From Camelus ferus (lineage: Eukaryota), in assembly GCF_009834535.1 (NCBI RefSeq), contig NC_045696.1:38566001-38630000 (forward strand): a DNA stretch of 64,000 nucleotides. The letters run 5' to 3'. Positions within the stretch are counted from its first letter, which is position 1. Each line of letters opens with the position of its first letter. The position numbers and the translations under genes are program-made. The notes under the pieces were generated by a model. That model saw only the letters and a list, made by a program, of their open reading frames with translations. It had not been told where the DNA came from and searched no databases. Shown here piece by piece: positions 52,831 through 64,000 of the stretch.

Positions 52831-54516
52831 GTTTAGAAGTTGAAAAAAAACGAAAAGCAAAACTTTTATAGTGGTGTATATTATGGATCCCTTCAAAATT
52901 TAAATGGACAGTGATGTATATAAAGTGTAGAGGGCAGCAGAACAGCCCAAATGTGGGAAGATAACGACTAAAGTTAGGAAGGTGATCTGAACTAAGCATT
53001 CTCAGGTTTTTCTGAAGCACAGCTGCAAGCAAGAGAACATCCCTGTGAGTATCTGGGAAACAAAATGTCCAGCAAGCAGAGATCATTTCTTAGTGGATTT
53101 ATGATGTGGGCCAGTTTTTAGCCTGATAGGCCCCTTCTCTTTAAACAAATACTTGGTTTCCTTAAGCACCAGGCAAAGTCATGCAATTGAAGTCTGCAAA
53201 TAAAAATCAGACAACTATATACACATCGGTATGTATGTAGTTTAAAAAAAAAAAACAAAACCTGCCCGTTAATTGAAATTGATCTCTTAAGTTAAGCCAG
53301 AAAACCACAATAAGAAGTACAGTAAATGACATAATTCTAAAGTTTTTAAGGACAGTGGTACATATATTCAGGGTGACACGCAAAATACTTTCAAATTTTA
53401 TGACATGGGCTTTATCCAGATAGCAGAGTGCTGGCTATAAGCCATTGATATGGCTTTGATAGTGTGTGTGTATCATTAAAATACCATCATTAAAACATCA
53501 GAACTATTTCCTTGTTATCCTATCACTTTGCTTACATTAGCCTAATATAATTTGAATATTCAGAAAGTATTCGTTGCTGAATTGCAATTTTAGTTTTTAA
53601 AATGTATACTCATGTGTTTTCCATATATACTATACAATTAATTATAAGTTAATGTTAAGAAAACAAATACTACTCTGTTGCATGAACTCAACTTGCAAAT
53701 GTGTAGGCTAAAAAAAAATTGTTTTATCCGTGTATTTTTCCCCTAGAAACAGAATTTACGGAACAAAAAACATAACTATTTAGCACATCATGTTGCATTT
53801 TAAATAAAGTATAAAAACGTGGCTAAGATTTGCATTATACATAATAAGTAATAATAATTAGATCATTTTTAGTTTTAAACATGTTTGTAATCCTATTAAT
53901 TCCTGTAATAAATATGGAACAATGCCATTTGGCTTGTTCACAAAGTAGTCACAAAAATCAGGAGGAAAAAGTATAACGTATGCGCTAAATACCTTTGAAG
54001 CTACTGTGAGAACATGAAGGAGAAATTATGAGCTAGCAGCCAATATGAGAAAACACAAGCTTTTTCTCCACATGCAGTAATGATTTGTAAATAACAGCGA
54101 CTAACTAGAGAAAATGAAAGGAAAACAAAAGGCTCAGCCAGGTGTTATTTTACGTCAGTGATTTACTCTGTTTGATCAATGATGAAAACAAAATCACCCA
54201 TATCCTCAGGAAGTCATGAATTTTTCAAGGCAGCTGTGGGAACACCTGGCTACTTGTCCTGCACAAACACTACCTCCATCAAGGAAGAATCAAGATTTAT
54301 TTCTCTCGGCTTGAACCAGAAACCTTGCCAATAAATCTGCTGTTGCTTTGCATTAGTTCTTTAATGGGAGAACGAAAGCAGTTTTATAGTCCCTTTTCTG
54401 GTGAATTGGCAGGAATACACTTGCATCCTCTTGCATCTGTGTGACAGGATCATTCAACATTCCCTAGAGCTACCAGCAGCATGAGTACCTTCTCCCTTTC
54501 TGTATTTTCTATAAAA

Positions 54517-54567
54517 GTGCATGCACATGCGCATGTGCACGTGCGCACACGCACACACACACACACA
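54517..54567. repeat. Alternating purine-pyrimidine tract ending in (CA)n
   Basis: gtgcatgcacatgcgcatgtgcacgtgcgcacacgcacacacacacacaca. Confidence 0.9.
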
Positions 54568-54572
54568 GTATT

Positions 54573-56565
54573 GGTAAGGAAGAAATTTTCCTTTACCCTT
54601 CTAGGTTCTTCTGGCTGGTCTGAGAATTAAATTGACGAGATAGATTAAAAGAGAAAAATCAAACAAAAGTTTTATAACATGTATGCATGAGGGATATTCA
54701 GGAAAACTGAGTAATTTACCAAAATGTTTGAAATTTTCACCTTACGTACCATCTTCAGCTAAATACAAAAGAGGACACTTGGGGTAGTGATTTGGGGCTT
54801 CAGAACAGAGGAAGGCAATTCATATGGAGATGGAAAAGCATAGGTTTTCTGTGTCATGCAATAGAAAAAAAGGGACTTAGTGAATTCTGACAGGCCTAAC
54901 AAGTTTCTCCCACCACATCTAGCCCATATTCTTTGCAGGTATCTGCAGTGATACCTCTATTCAGGGAACAGGCTTTTACCTAAATTCTTTAGACAGCTAA
55001 GGAGGAGGTAAAAGGCTTCCTGAGTCTTCTGTTCGTTAAAAGTAATCAATCTATTTCACTAAGCATATACCCTCTAGGTCCATCCACGTTGCTGCAAATG
55101 GCAGAATTCCACTCCTTTTTATGGCTGAGTAATATTCCATTATATATATATACCACATCTTCTTTATCCATTCAATTGTTAATGGACACTTGGGCTGCTT
55201 CCATATCTTAGGTTACTTCCATTAGTTTAAATAATGCTACCATGAACAATGGGGTACATGTATCTTTCCAAATTGGTGGGGTTTTTTTTTTTTTCAGTTA
55301 TATATATACCCAAGAGTGGAATTGCTGGATCATATGGTAGTTCTGTTTTCAGCTTTTTGAGGAAACTCCATACCATTTTCCACAGTAGATGCACCAATTT
55401 ACATTCATACCAGAAGTGTATGAGGGTTCCCTTTTTCCTACACCTTCACCAACATTTGTTACTTGTAGACTTTTTGAGGATAACCATTCTGACAGGTGTG
55501 AGGTGATATCTTATTGTGGTTTTGATTTGCATTTCTCTAATAATTAATGATGCTGAGCATCTTTTCACGTGCCTGTTACCTATCTCTGTGTCTTCTTTGG
55601 AAAAATGTCTGATCTTCTGCCCAGTCTTTAATCAGGCTGTTTGTTTTTTTGATATTGAGTTGTATTCACTGTTTATATATTTTTGATATTAACCTCTAAT
55701 CAGTTGTATCATTTGGAAATATTTTCTCTCACTTAGTAGGTTGTCTTTTTATCTTGTCAGTAGTTTCCTTTGCAAAAGCCTTTAAGTTAAATCAGGTCCC
55801 ATTTATTTATTTTTCCTTTTATTTCTTTTGCCTTAGGAAACAGATCCAAAAAAATATTGGTACAATTTATGTCAAAGAGTATTCTGACTATGTTCTTTTC
55901 TAGGATTTTTATGGTTTCACATCTTACATTTAGGTCTTTATCCATTCTGAGTTTATTTTTGTATATAGTATGAGTTACTGTTGTAATCTCATTCTTTTAC
56001 ATGTAGCTGTCGCATTTTCCCAGCACCACTTATTGAAGAGATTATCTTTTCTCCATTGTATGTTCTTGTCTTCTTTATCATAGATTAGTTGACCATAGGC
56101 ACATGGGTTTATTTCTGGGCCCTCTAATGAAATAAGTTAGACAGAGAAAGACAAATACTCTTTGTTATCACTTATATATGGAATCTAAAAAATAACACAA
56201 ATGAGTATGTATAACAAAACAGGAATGGACTCACAGATATAAAGAACAAACCACTGATTACCAGTGGGGAGAGGAAATGGGAGAAGGGAGGAGGGACAAG
56301 ATAAGGGCATGGAATTAAGAGATACAAACTACTATGTATAAAACAAATAGACAATGAGGATATATTGTACAGCATAGGGAAATATAGCCATTATTTTGTA
56401 ATAACTTTAAATGGAGTATATTCTATAAAAATATTGAATCACTATGCTGTATACCTGAAATTATTATAAAATCAACTATACTTCAATTAAAAATTAATAC
56501 TTAGCCTAAATGAATCCTCATGCCAAAGAGACACATTTTGGGGTGGCAAATTTTGCTTTTCTACA
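54573..56565 (-). mobile_element. ERV1-class solo LTR (MER34-related) interrupted by an L1 at 55052-56493
   Basis: The minus-strand start tgtagaaaagcaaaatttgccaccccaaaatgtgtctctttggcatgaggatt is the MER34-type LTR head. The rest of the LTR lies at 54573-55051. Confidence 0.75.
55052..56493 (+). mobile_element. 5'-truncated, 5'-inverted L1 (ORF2 segment antisense 55052-~56126; ORF2 end + 3'UTR sense ~56127-56493)
   Basis: The antisense block starts tatttcactaagcata and ends ggtttatttctgggccctcta. The sense block starts tgaaataagttagacagagaaagacaaatac and ends atcaactatacttcaattaaaaa. Confidence 0.88.
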
Positions 56566-57394
56566 ACAAATGTATAAATATATATAATTGTGACTATAGC
56601 TTTCATGCCCCAAAAGTAATAGAGGAAAAAAAATCCCAAACACAGCTTCTTAAACATTTTATGGGTGGATTATATAGAAAGCACGTAGAATCTTTGCTTT
56701 ATAACATAGAAAATCTATGGAATCTAGTAGAATTGTATGGACCAGGAGGTGTTACACTGTGACTGGGAAAAGTGAGAGCTAAAATTATGGGGTGAAGCAG
56801 GTATGGGAATAAGGAAAATGAATTTAGAATTAGTGAAAAGGCAGTTGATATTGGGAGCACTCGAAATCAATAATCAAATAACTTAGAATATTTTGATTGT
56901 GCATTTATTTCTCAATCCAAATGCTTTTTTTCAAATGAGACAGTTAAATAATGGAAAACACTGAAAATTCAAGAAACTAACCCAAGATGTGTTTTAATAT
57001 TATACAATCAAATTATTGCATAATACTCACTTTCATCATCACTGTATGTTCAAACTCATCACTTTGCAATAATCTTTCCTTATGTTCTAGTATTATTGTT
57101 ACTATATATTGTATGTTGATATTATTTTATTACATTAACTCTACTCTCACAAAATGATGTTTATATACCTGAAGTATGTGAATTAATTGGATGGTGTTCA
57201 TATGGTGCCATAAAGGATTTATAGAACAAAACCAGAGTGCGGGACAATTGTCTGACAAGCCTGAAACAAGATTAAACAAGTTCTGAATAAAGGAGATAGT
57301 CACGTGCAAGGTACATAATGTGTTTGTGTGGTACTCTCCTAGGTCCTGTGGGAGGTTCAGATCTTGTAATGTGCCACAGTCACTAAGGTACAGT

Positions 57395-57550
57395 CAGTAA
57401 ATGCTTGACTTAGTCTGGAGTCTGCTCCTTATCTCTTATGTAAGTGTAATTCATTTCCAGTCTGATCCTCTTTCCTCATCTTTAAAATGAGAATAGCTGT
57501 ACTTAGAAAGTTACAGTGTATTTTAGGTGATTGAATGTATGTGAAAGAGC
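57395..57550 (+). mobile_element. MIR SINE
   Basis: ctctttcctcatctttaaaatgagaatag...aatgtatgtgaaagagc. Confidence 0.6.
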
Positions 57551-58451
57551 ATGGGAAGTTGAAAAGTCAAGTACAATACATTATTATTTACTCGATAAAG
57601 AGGAATAGCAAGAGCTTAAGATAAAGGCAGTCAATCGCTACATGCCATGTGGAATAGACAATAGATGTTTTAGGAGTTCAGACATCAAAATCAATTCCAT
57701 CTGAAGTGATCAAAGAAGTCTTAAGCTAGTCCGGGTTCTATCTTAAGGGAAAAAAGGTAATTGCTGCTATTTTATCTATGAATATGAATAGAAGTCCTTA
57801 CACGTGAATCCTCCTCTAAAATTCCCAAGGTTATCCATGGGTTGTTTCACAGCCCCAAAATGTGACTGAAATTTTTTTCTTTCTTTATGCACCTTAGGGG
57901 CCCAATAGCATAGAAAAATTTTTTTTCATTCTTATGAGACTCATTTTCATAAAGCTTCTTCATTTAAAATACTTCTGAAGCCAGTGGTCTTTCAGCTAGC
58001 TTTCTTTGCAATTTTGTATCATCATGTAAATTCAAGGATGACAAAGAAAGGACAAGACTAAAATTCAATGACTCCACCATAAACCACATGTATTACTTTA
58101 TAGTCATAGCTTATAAATATATTCATATTTAGGTTCAACCTTTTGAAATTTATTAAAATTTTGAATTATATTTTTGAAAACAATCTTCAGAATATCACAT
58201 GAGCTAAGACTAAGGCTAGTGAGGCTTTTTGAAATAAAATCATATTCCTTTTAAAACAGTTTCAAAAATTATGAATAATATAATAATCTGTTAATGTAAT
58301 TTAAAAACCAATAACTATTGGACTATTATTAGATTTATTTCTGTTTTGCTCTTGTTACATCTAACTTTACTAGACCAGCATGGTAAAACCACTACTAATA
58401 ATTTTATGGTATTACAGGTGATTACATATATATATATGTGGGGGGGGGTTG

Positions 58452-59284
58452 TTTTTCTTTTCTTTCCTTTTTTTTTTTTTAATTTAGAGGACCCACAGTT
58501 CAGTTTTATTCAGAGCAAAGACAAGATAAACTTTTGATCGCACTAAGTGAAACTCAGCCATAGATTTGGAATCTGTTCTAAAACAATACATGCAATGAGG
58601 ACAGTATTTTGCAAATAGAGTTGATTCACTGCTGCATATGTCTGCTGTTTGTCTAATATTAACAATTGTAAACCCAACAGCGCAGCAATTATTTGGAACA
58701 ATCCTTTCGGTGTTACAGTTTCAGGCACAACGTTTCACTTCTCTTCTCACCACTGGTTCTCTTTGTTTGCCTGGGCTTCCTCTTCTTCAATAAAGTCATT
58801 TTTGATATTGAAAGTCTTCGGAATCTCCTCATGAGCTTTCCCCCTGATCATATTGGCAACAGACTTGCACATACCATCAACCAAATCTTTGATGTCTAAA
58901 TAGTTTGCAGGCAGAGTAAGTTCAAAAAGTATTCCTTGGGAAACTTTCAGGAATTCTTAGTCCCAAACAAGAATCTCATCCCTTTGCTTTAATTAGGCTC
59001 ACTTATTTATTTATTTATTTATTTATTTTTAGGGGAGATACTGGGGATTGAACCCAGGACCTTGTGCATGCTAAGTATGCACTCTGCCACTTGAGCTATA
59101 CCCTCCTCCCTTATCTCTTTGCTTTTCTTTGTTCTCATCATCCTCAAGAGGTGGGTCATCCTTGTGGGTGTACCACTGAGTGACCTTTTTTTAATATTGC
59201 AGAATTAAGATGGGGAGAGGAACTGGTCATCATCCTCTTCATGGTCCATTCCAAATCTTCCAAAATGGTCTTGATAGTTACACA
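58452..59284 (-). pseudogene. SKP1: Processed (retro) pseudogene of S-phase kinase-associated protein 1, 5'-truncated, SINE-interrupted
   Basis: Minus-strand translation with frameshifts gives VTIKTILEDL..., [86 protein letters not shown]...EK-stop (TGA 58735-58737), which is the SKP1 C-terminal region with no introns. It is followed by an SKP1-like 3'UTR, AATAAA (58505-58510) and a poly(A) remnant (58452-58480). Premature TAA at 58957-58959. Confidence 0.95.
58991..59110 (-). mobile_element. tRNA-derived SINE (camelid Vic-1-like) inserted in the SKP1 pseudogene
   Basis: Minus strand gggaggagggtatagctcaagtggcagagtgcatacttagcatgcacaaggtcctgggttcaatccccag + (AAAT)n. 15-bp TSD tcatccctttgcttt (58976-58990) / ttatctctttgcttt (59111-59125). 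Confidence 0.92.
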
Positions 59285-60971
59285 ACTTGGTTATACAATA
59301 GTTACACAATTGAGTTATACAATTTGGGAGGTATTTACTATTTACAAAAATTAATTGTATCATGGCCTGTATGTCATTTTGCAACTTATTTTTGCTATTT
59401 TAAATATTACACTTATTTTCCCATGCCTGTGTACCTATGTTATTTTTAAGCAGCTTCATTGGAATCTATTGTATGGATTTCTTTTAAAAGTCTGAATTTT
59501 TTTAAATGAAGCAATAAAATTTGTGTGTAAAATTTTATCCATTATATTATTTTTAAAATGTATGCTTTTGCAATCTTTATCACTTAGCTGCTTCCATTTC
59601 ACAATATATATTAGGATAATTTTAGTCATTTACTTATAAATGACATTCCTGGTCAGTTTAACAGAATTTTTTCCTCTTTTTTGATAGTTCTTAAGTTGGC
59701 TCATTTTTTTCCTATACTTGGAACATGATACAAACTTTTTGTTGAATCACCTGAGACCCAGAAGTTACAAGCCATATTCAAATATAGCTAGGATATTATA
59801 TTTTATATTTATGTAATTTTATATATAATTTATGTAATTGTATAATTCAAATAATAGTACTTTTACCTAGAATAATTACTAAAAACCAATATTTTAATTT
59901 TAATACAATGGATGCTGTGAATAAGGAAATTGTTTGAAATTAAGATGAGAAGGGATTTTTCTCTAGGACCAGGTCTTTCTGAGATTTTCGTGAACAGCAT
60001 TTGCTAGATTCCTAGAAAATACTGATATAACATATATCTTTTACTGAAACCTGACAGGTAATAATAAGGTCAAAAGAATCTAAGACTGGTCTAATTTGAG
60101 GATTTTTTTTCCCCATATATTTCAAAGAAACTGCATTTTATAGCACCTGTCACATAAACCATTTCTCAAATGACTCTGAAATGATATAGTCAGTATAGGT
60201 ATATGGTATAAATTACTGAAAACAGCAGTCTAAAGAGAAGCATAATAGTGAGCACATTAAATCAGCCAGTCATAAGATTCGTAAAATAGAAATTTAAAAC
60301 ACACAGATTATACTGAAAAGAACTTTAAAGATAACAGTTCAGGTTTTACTCTGTAAAATTAAATGCTGACAGTGCTGTGTCACTTTGACTCATTATTAAT
60401 AGTGATTTTTTAATGTGGCCTCCACAGGTAGTGAGAGTGTTCTGAACAAATATTTCCACACATTTTTCACTAATGTCTTGTCAAACTACCTGCCAGCATC
60501 AGGTTGGCATGGCAGGAAGAAGGAGAAGGAGTGAGCAAGCTTTGTGTTAAATGCGATATTAATTTTTCCTTGGGAAAGACTTGAAATTCATAGCTAAAGG
60601 CTTCTTAAAAAAATAGAACAACATTAACACTGAGCAAATGCTGGGTAAAAATTAGTCCTGTATCACCTGTAACTTAAGGTAATATCATCAGAAAGAGGGA
60701 AATTTCTCCCTTTTTGAATAAGAAAGGCAGAGAAGAGAAAATCCTGACACTGTAGATTAAATAAGGAAAATCTATAGGACGAGAGTATCCAAAATATTTT
60801 TTAAAGAAACATATCCTTTTTAAAAGTAATACATCAAATGAGTTAGTTACTTAAATAGATGTCTTGATTACTGCTTTAGACATATTTTTTTTAAAAAACT
60901 TACCCACTTTCTCTGCTGAATCATAAATGTATCCAAAATTAAGATCTTCAAAGATAAATCAGTTGAACTGT

Positions 60972-61396
60972 TGTTAAGATGTTTATTGCTACCGTAATAA
61001 ATCACCACCAAGTTACTGTTTCAAAAACAGCACATATTTATTATCTTACAGTTCTACCTGTCAGAAATCGAAAATAAGTCTTACAGAGCTAAAATAAAGG
61101 TGTTAGAAGGGCTGATTTCTTCTGGAGGCTCCAGAAAGAATCCATTCCTTCCCTCTTTCAGCTTCCACATACCTTGGTGCTCAGCCTTCTCTTGTGTAGA
61201 TAAATCTCCTCCTACCTCCCTTTTATAAGTACGCTTATGATTACTTTGGGCCCACCTGGATAATCCAAGATCCTCTCATCTCAAAATCCTTCACTTAATC
61301 AAAACTGCAAAGTCCCTTTTACCAGAGAAGAAGCATTCACAGGTTCTGGGAATTACAATGTGGACATATTTGGAGGTCATCATTCATCCTATCACG
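60972..61396 (-). mobile_element. MaLR solo LTR (MLT1C/D-like)
   Basis: atttattatcttacagttct...ttctggaggctccagaaagaatccattcctt...gggcccacctggataatccaagat...cattcacaggttctgggaattac. Confidence 0.85.
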
Positions 61397-62294
61397 GCTG
61401 TCATATGGTTTAACATACCACAGTGTTACTCTCGTGTATAGATACGAAACAGAAATTAGAAAGAAAGTAAATCACCATTTCTGCTATGTATAAGTATCAC
61501 ATGTGAATTTGAAGCTCATGATCAGGTTTTAACCACAGGGGGGAAAGTAGATAACAATATACACACACATATATATTACTGTTAAACTGTGATTACAGGA
61601 AAAAAAATACAACAAAAGAAACGCATATGAGGCAAGTATCATTAGCATATATTATGCTATCTATAGTACAATGTATTTAACAAACATTTCCAAAACAAGA
61701 TATTGATCAGAGATATTTTGAAGCATGTTCTTAGCTTTCAAAAAATATCAATTCACATGATAACCCATTTACAAAATTTCAGAAGTAAAATTATCATATT
61801 AAATATAACATGTCTCTTTCCTGACCATACACAGGAAGAAATACTATTACATAATTTAGCTCTGCAATAGTACTCATTGGTTCATTAGCAAACAAAACGG
61901 AAAACTCATATAGTCTTAAAGTCTCTTCTGAGTTGTACTTTCTTATTTATATCATTTATTTATTATATTATTGTTTTTAATTCACACTTCCTCGTGCTGT
62001 TGATTGTAATTCCTTAAAACATACACATACACACACACATATTTTTCCAGAAGAAGACACAGGGAAGAAAAGAAAGGAGAAGATAAAGCAAAGAGACCCT
62101 GAAAAGCACTGAAAAAGGAAATGAAGAGAGAAAGGAAGGAAGAGGGATAGAGGAAGAAGAGAGAGAAAGAATTAAAAAGGAGAAGAAAGAGGTTGATAGA
62201 TAAGCAAAGTGGAAGAGTTACTTCTACTTAAATGAAAGCTCAGTGCTAGGAATCTAAGTGGAAATTATAGGAAGAAAACAATGACTCCAAGTGA

Positions 62295-62485
62295 GAATTT
62301 TTATCAGTTAAAGATTTTCAACAGGGAATGGATAGCCCTGTGAAATGGTGTTCTCTTTAGTGCAATAGCTACAGCAAGAAGTGGAGACTCAGCTGTCAGG
62401 GATGTGTTGAAGGATTTTCTGCATTGCTGAAAAAACGAATTAAATGACTTATAAGATCTGTCCTAATACTAAGATTCTATGATTT
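62295..62485 (+). mobile_element. CR1/L3 (or MIR3) 3' end
   Basis: ctgtcagggatgtgttgaaggattttctgcattg...aaatgacttataagatc...aagattctatgatt terminal motif. Confidence 0.6.
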
Positions 62486-63004
62486 AGCATTCTCCATTAA
62501 GATTTTCATTGTCACAAACACATGTGTATAAAAATGTCCTCTCACTCTCTCTCCCTTTGACCTCTTTCTCACCAAAACACACACACACTCACGCACAGAG
62601 ATATCCTAAGATATAAATCTTCATATGCTCAGTAGATGACCAAGAATTAGCAGCGTTTGACAGATCTTTAGGAAAAATCATCACCTCGTGACCCATGTCA
62701 TAAATCTTGATTACATGCTCAAAATAAGACATATTTGTAATAATCCACAGTGAGATTTTTAGCAGCAGTGTTAGTGTTTGATGTTTTAAAATTTCAAGAA
62801 GTAGCAAACTCAAAGGCAACAAGGATATTTGTGACATTGCCTTATTCCTTGCTTCTAGTTTTGAGAACACATTTTAATTTTGAACATATTACAGTACTAA
62901 ATAGGGTGAATTTTAAGGGAAAGTGCAGCAAAAATGTTAATGTTCCACTTCTTTCTTGGCATTTTGAGTTAATGTCAAAATTGGCCTTCACATCTTGTCT
63001 TTAA

Positions 63005-63130
63005 ACAATTACTCACTTCTCTGAGCCTCAACATCCTCATCTTTCAAGTGGAGACAGTCCTTTTCCCATAGATTTATGAGAATGAAATAAGATAGCATAC
63101 ATGGTATAAAGTAAATGTTTAATAAAAATG
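63005..63130 (+). mobile_element. MIR fragment
   Basis: ttactcacttctctgagcctcaacatcctcatctttcaagtggaga...atgagaatgaaataagatagc. Confidence 0.7.
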
Positions 63131-64000
63131 CATTAGTTCCTAATTAGGAGCAAAATAATTATCTAGAGTAATTCACTATTTCTTCAGGTACCTCCACATA
63201 AGCGTAAGAAAGCAATACTTTTCTAAATGTAAGTGAGATCTTTTTGGTTAACTAACTCTGCTTGGTACTTTTCTTTTCAATATTTGTTACATACTTTTTG
63301 GTAAACTATTTGTGATTCAGAAAATATAGTATTCAGAAAGGTTTGTATTAGAACCGTTTTCAAGAATGTGGTAGTCTATTCAACAATCATTTATGTTGAA
63401 GGTCAAAGCTAAGATTTTTGATAACTTAAGAAAGGATGTATGTCAAAAATACAATTCTACTGAAGGTTATACTGAATACATTAATTCTTACTCGGGAAAT
63501 AGTACTTGAGTCTTCAGGTCTTTCAGTTAACTTCTGATCTTACAAACTCCAAAAGACATTATTATCCTGACTATTTCTTTCCTTCTCTGACTTTTTAGAA
63601 CCAGAAGTCAAAATCAACAGTTGCTCTTTTGTGTCCTAAAATCAGTTTTTCTCATGTGGAAGAACAAATGTATTTTCTGCTTTATATTCGTTGGAACTAC
63701 AGTGTTGTCACAGTATGCCAAATTCAGATGTTATATAAACTTGGATTATTAAGAAAGCAAACTCATTAAATATATTCAGAACAAATGCCTGAAGCTTTAT
63801 CTATTGAAACCTTATTTTAAAATGGAATTCCATAAAGTATTGTCCTCTCAAAACATAAAATGCAGCATTTGGGGTGTATATTGACCTATAAATTGTTTCC
63901 CACATCCTCTGCTTTAAAACTTAAGGGGTTAAAATGTATGCTTAGTGTAAATTGATACAACTTTTTTCAAAAGCAATATGCTAATAATAATATGGCACAA

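Noticed and set aside
58430..58455. Candidate TSD for the SKP1 retrocopy (tgggggggggttgttt vs tgggaggtattt at ~59325)
   Set aside because: The match is short, low-complexity and needs several changes, so it is not supportable.
59041..59110. tRNA gene-like sequence with A and B boxes (also 40335-40405)
   Set aside because: It has an A-rich tail and TSDs, so it is a SINE head and not a tRNA gene.
62589..63004. 93-aa and 84-aa ORFs near the window end
   Set aside because: No recognisable homology. The sequence resembles a very old L1 3' fragment.

Overview
AT-rich, CpG-depleted, gene-poor mammalian genomic DNA, most likely from a camelid, judged from two tRNA-derived SINEs of the Vic-1 type and a young L1 3' end. 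I found no intact protein-coding exon, RNA gene or CpG island. The ORF-track hits are transposon remnants or noise. The window is a mosaic of interspersed repeats: several L1 classes, a near full-length Tigger1, MaLR/ERVL/ERV1 solo LTRs, L2, MIR, CR1/L3 and MER45A, many of them nested. It also holds one processed SKP1 pseudogene (minus strand) split by a SINE. The most notable structure is a young, TSD-flanked 1.5-kb L1 derivative (8069-9565). In it, ORF1 and part of the spacer are joined directly to the ORF2 C-terminus, so endonuclease and RT are missing (half-L1-like architecture), and it carries an apparent ~54-nt 3' transduction. A 56-nt insertion of the same L1 family elsewhere in the window marks where the family normally ends. 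A twin-primed (5'-inverted) L1 lies inside an ERV1 LTR. I did not find a convincing new biological system beyond these retrotransposition structures. Repeat subfamily names are from recall of consensus sequences, and repeat boundaries are approximate unless a TSD is given.
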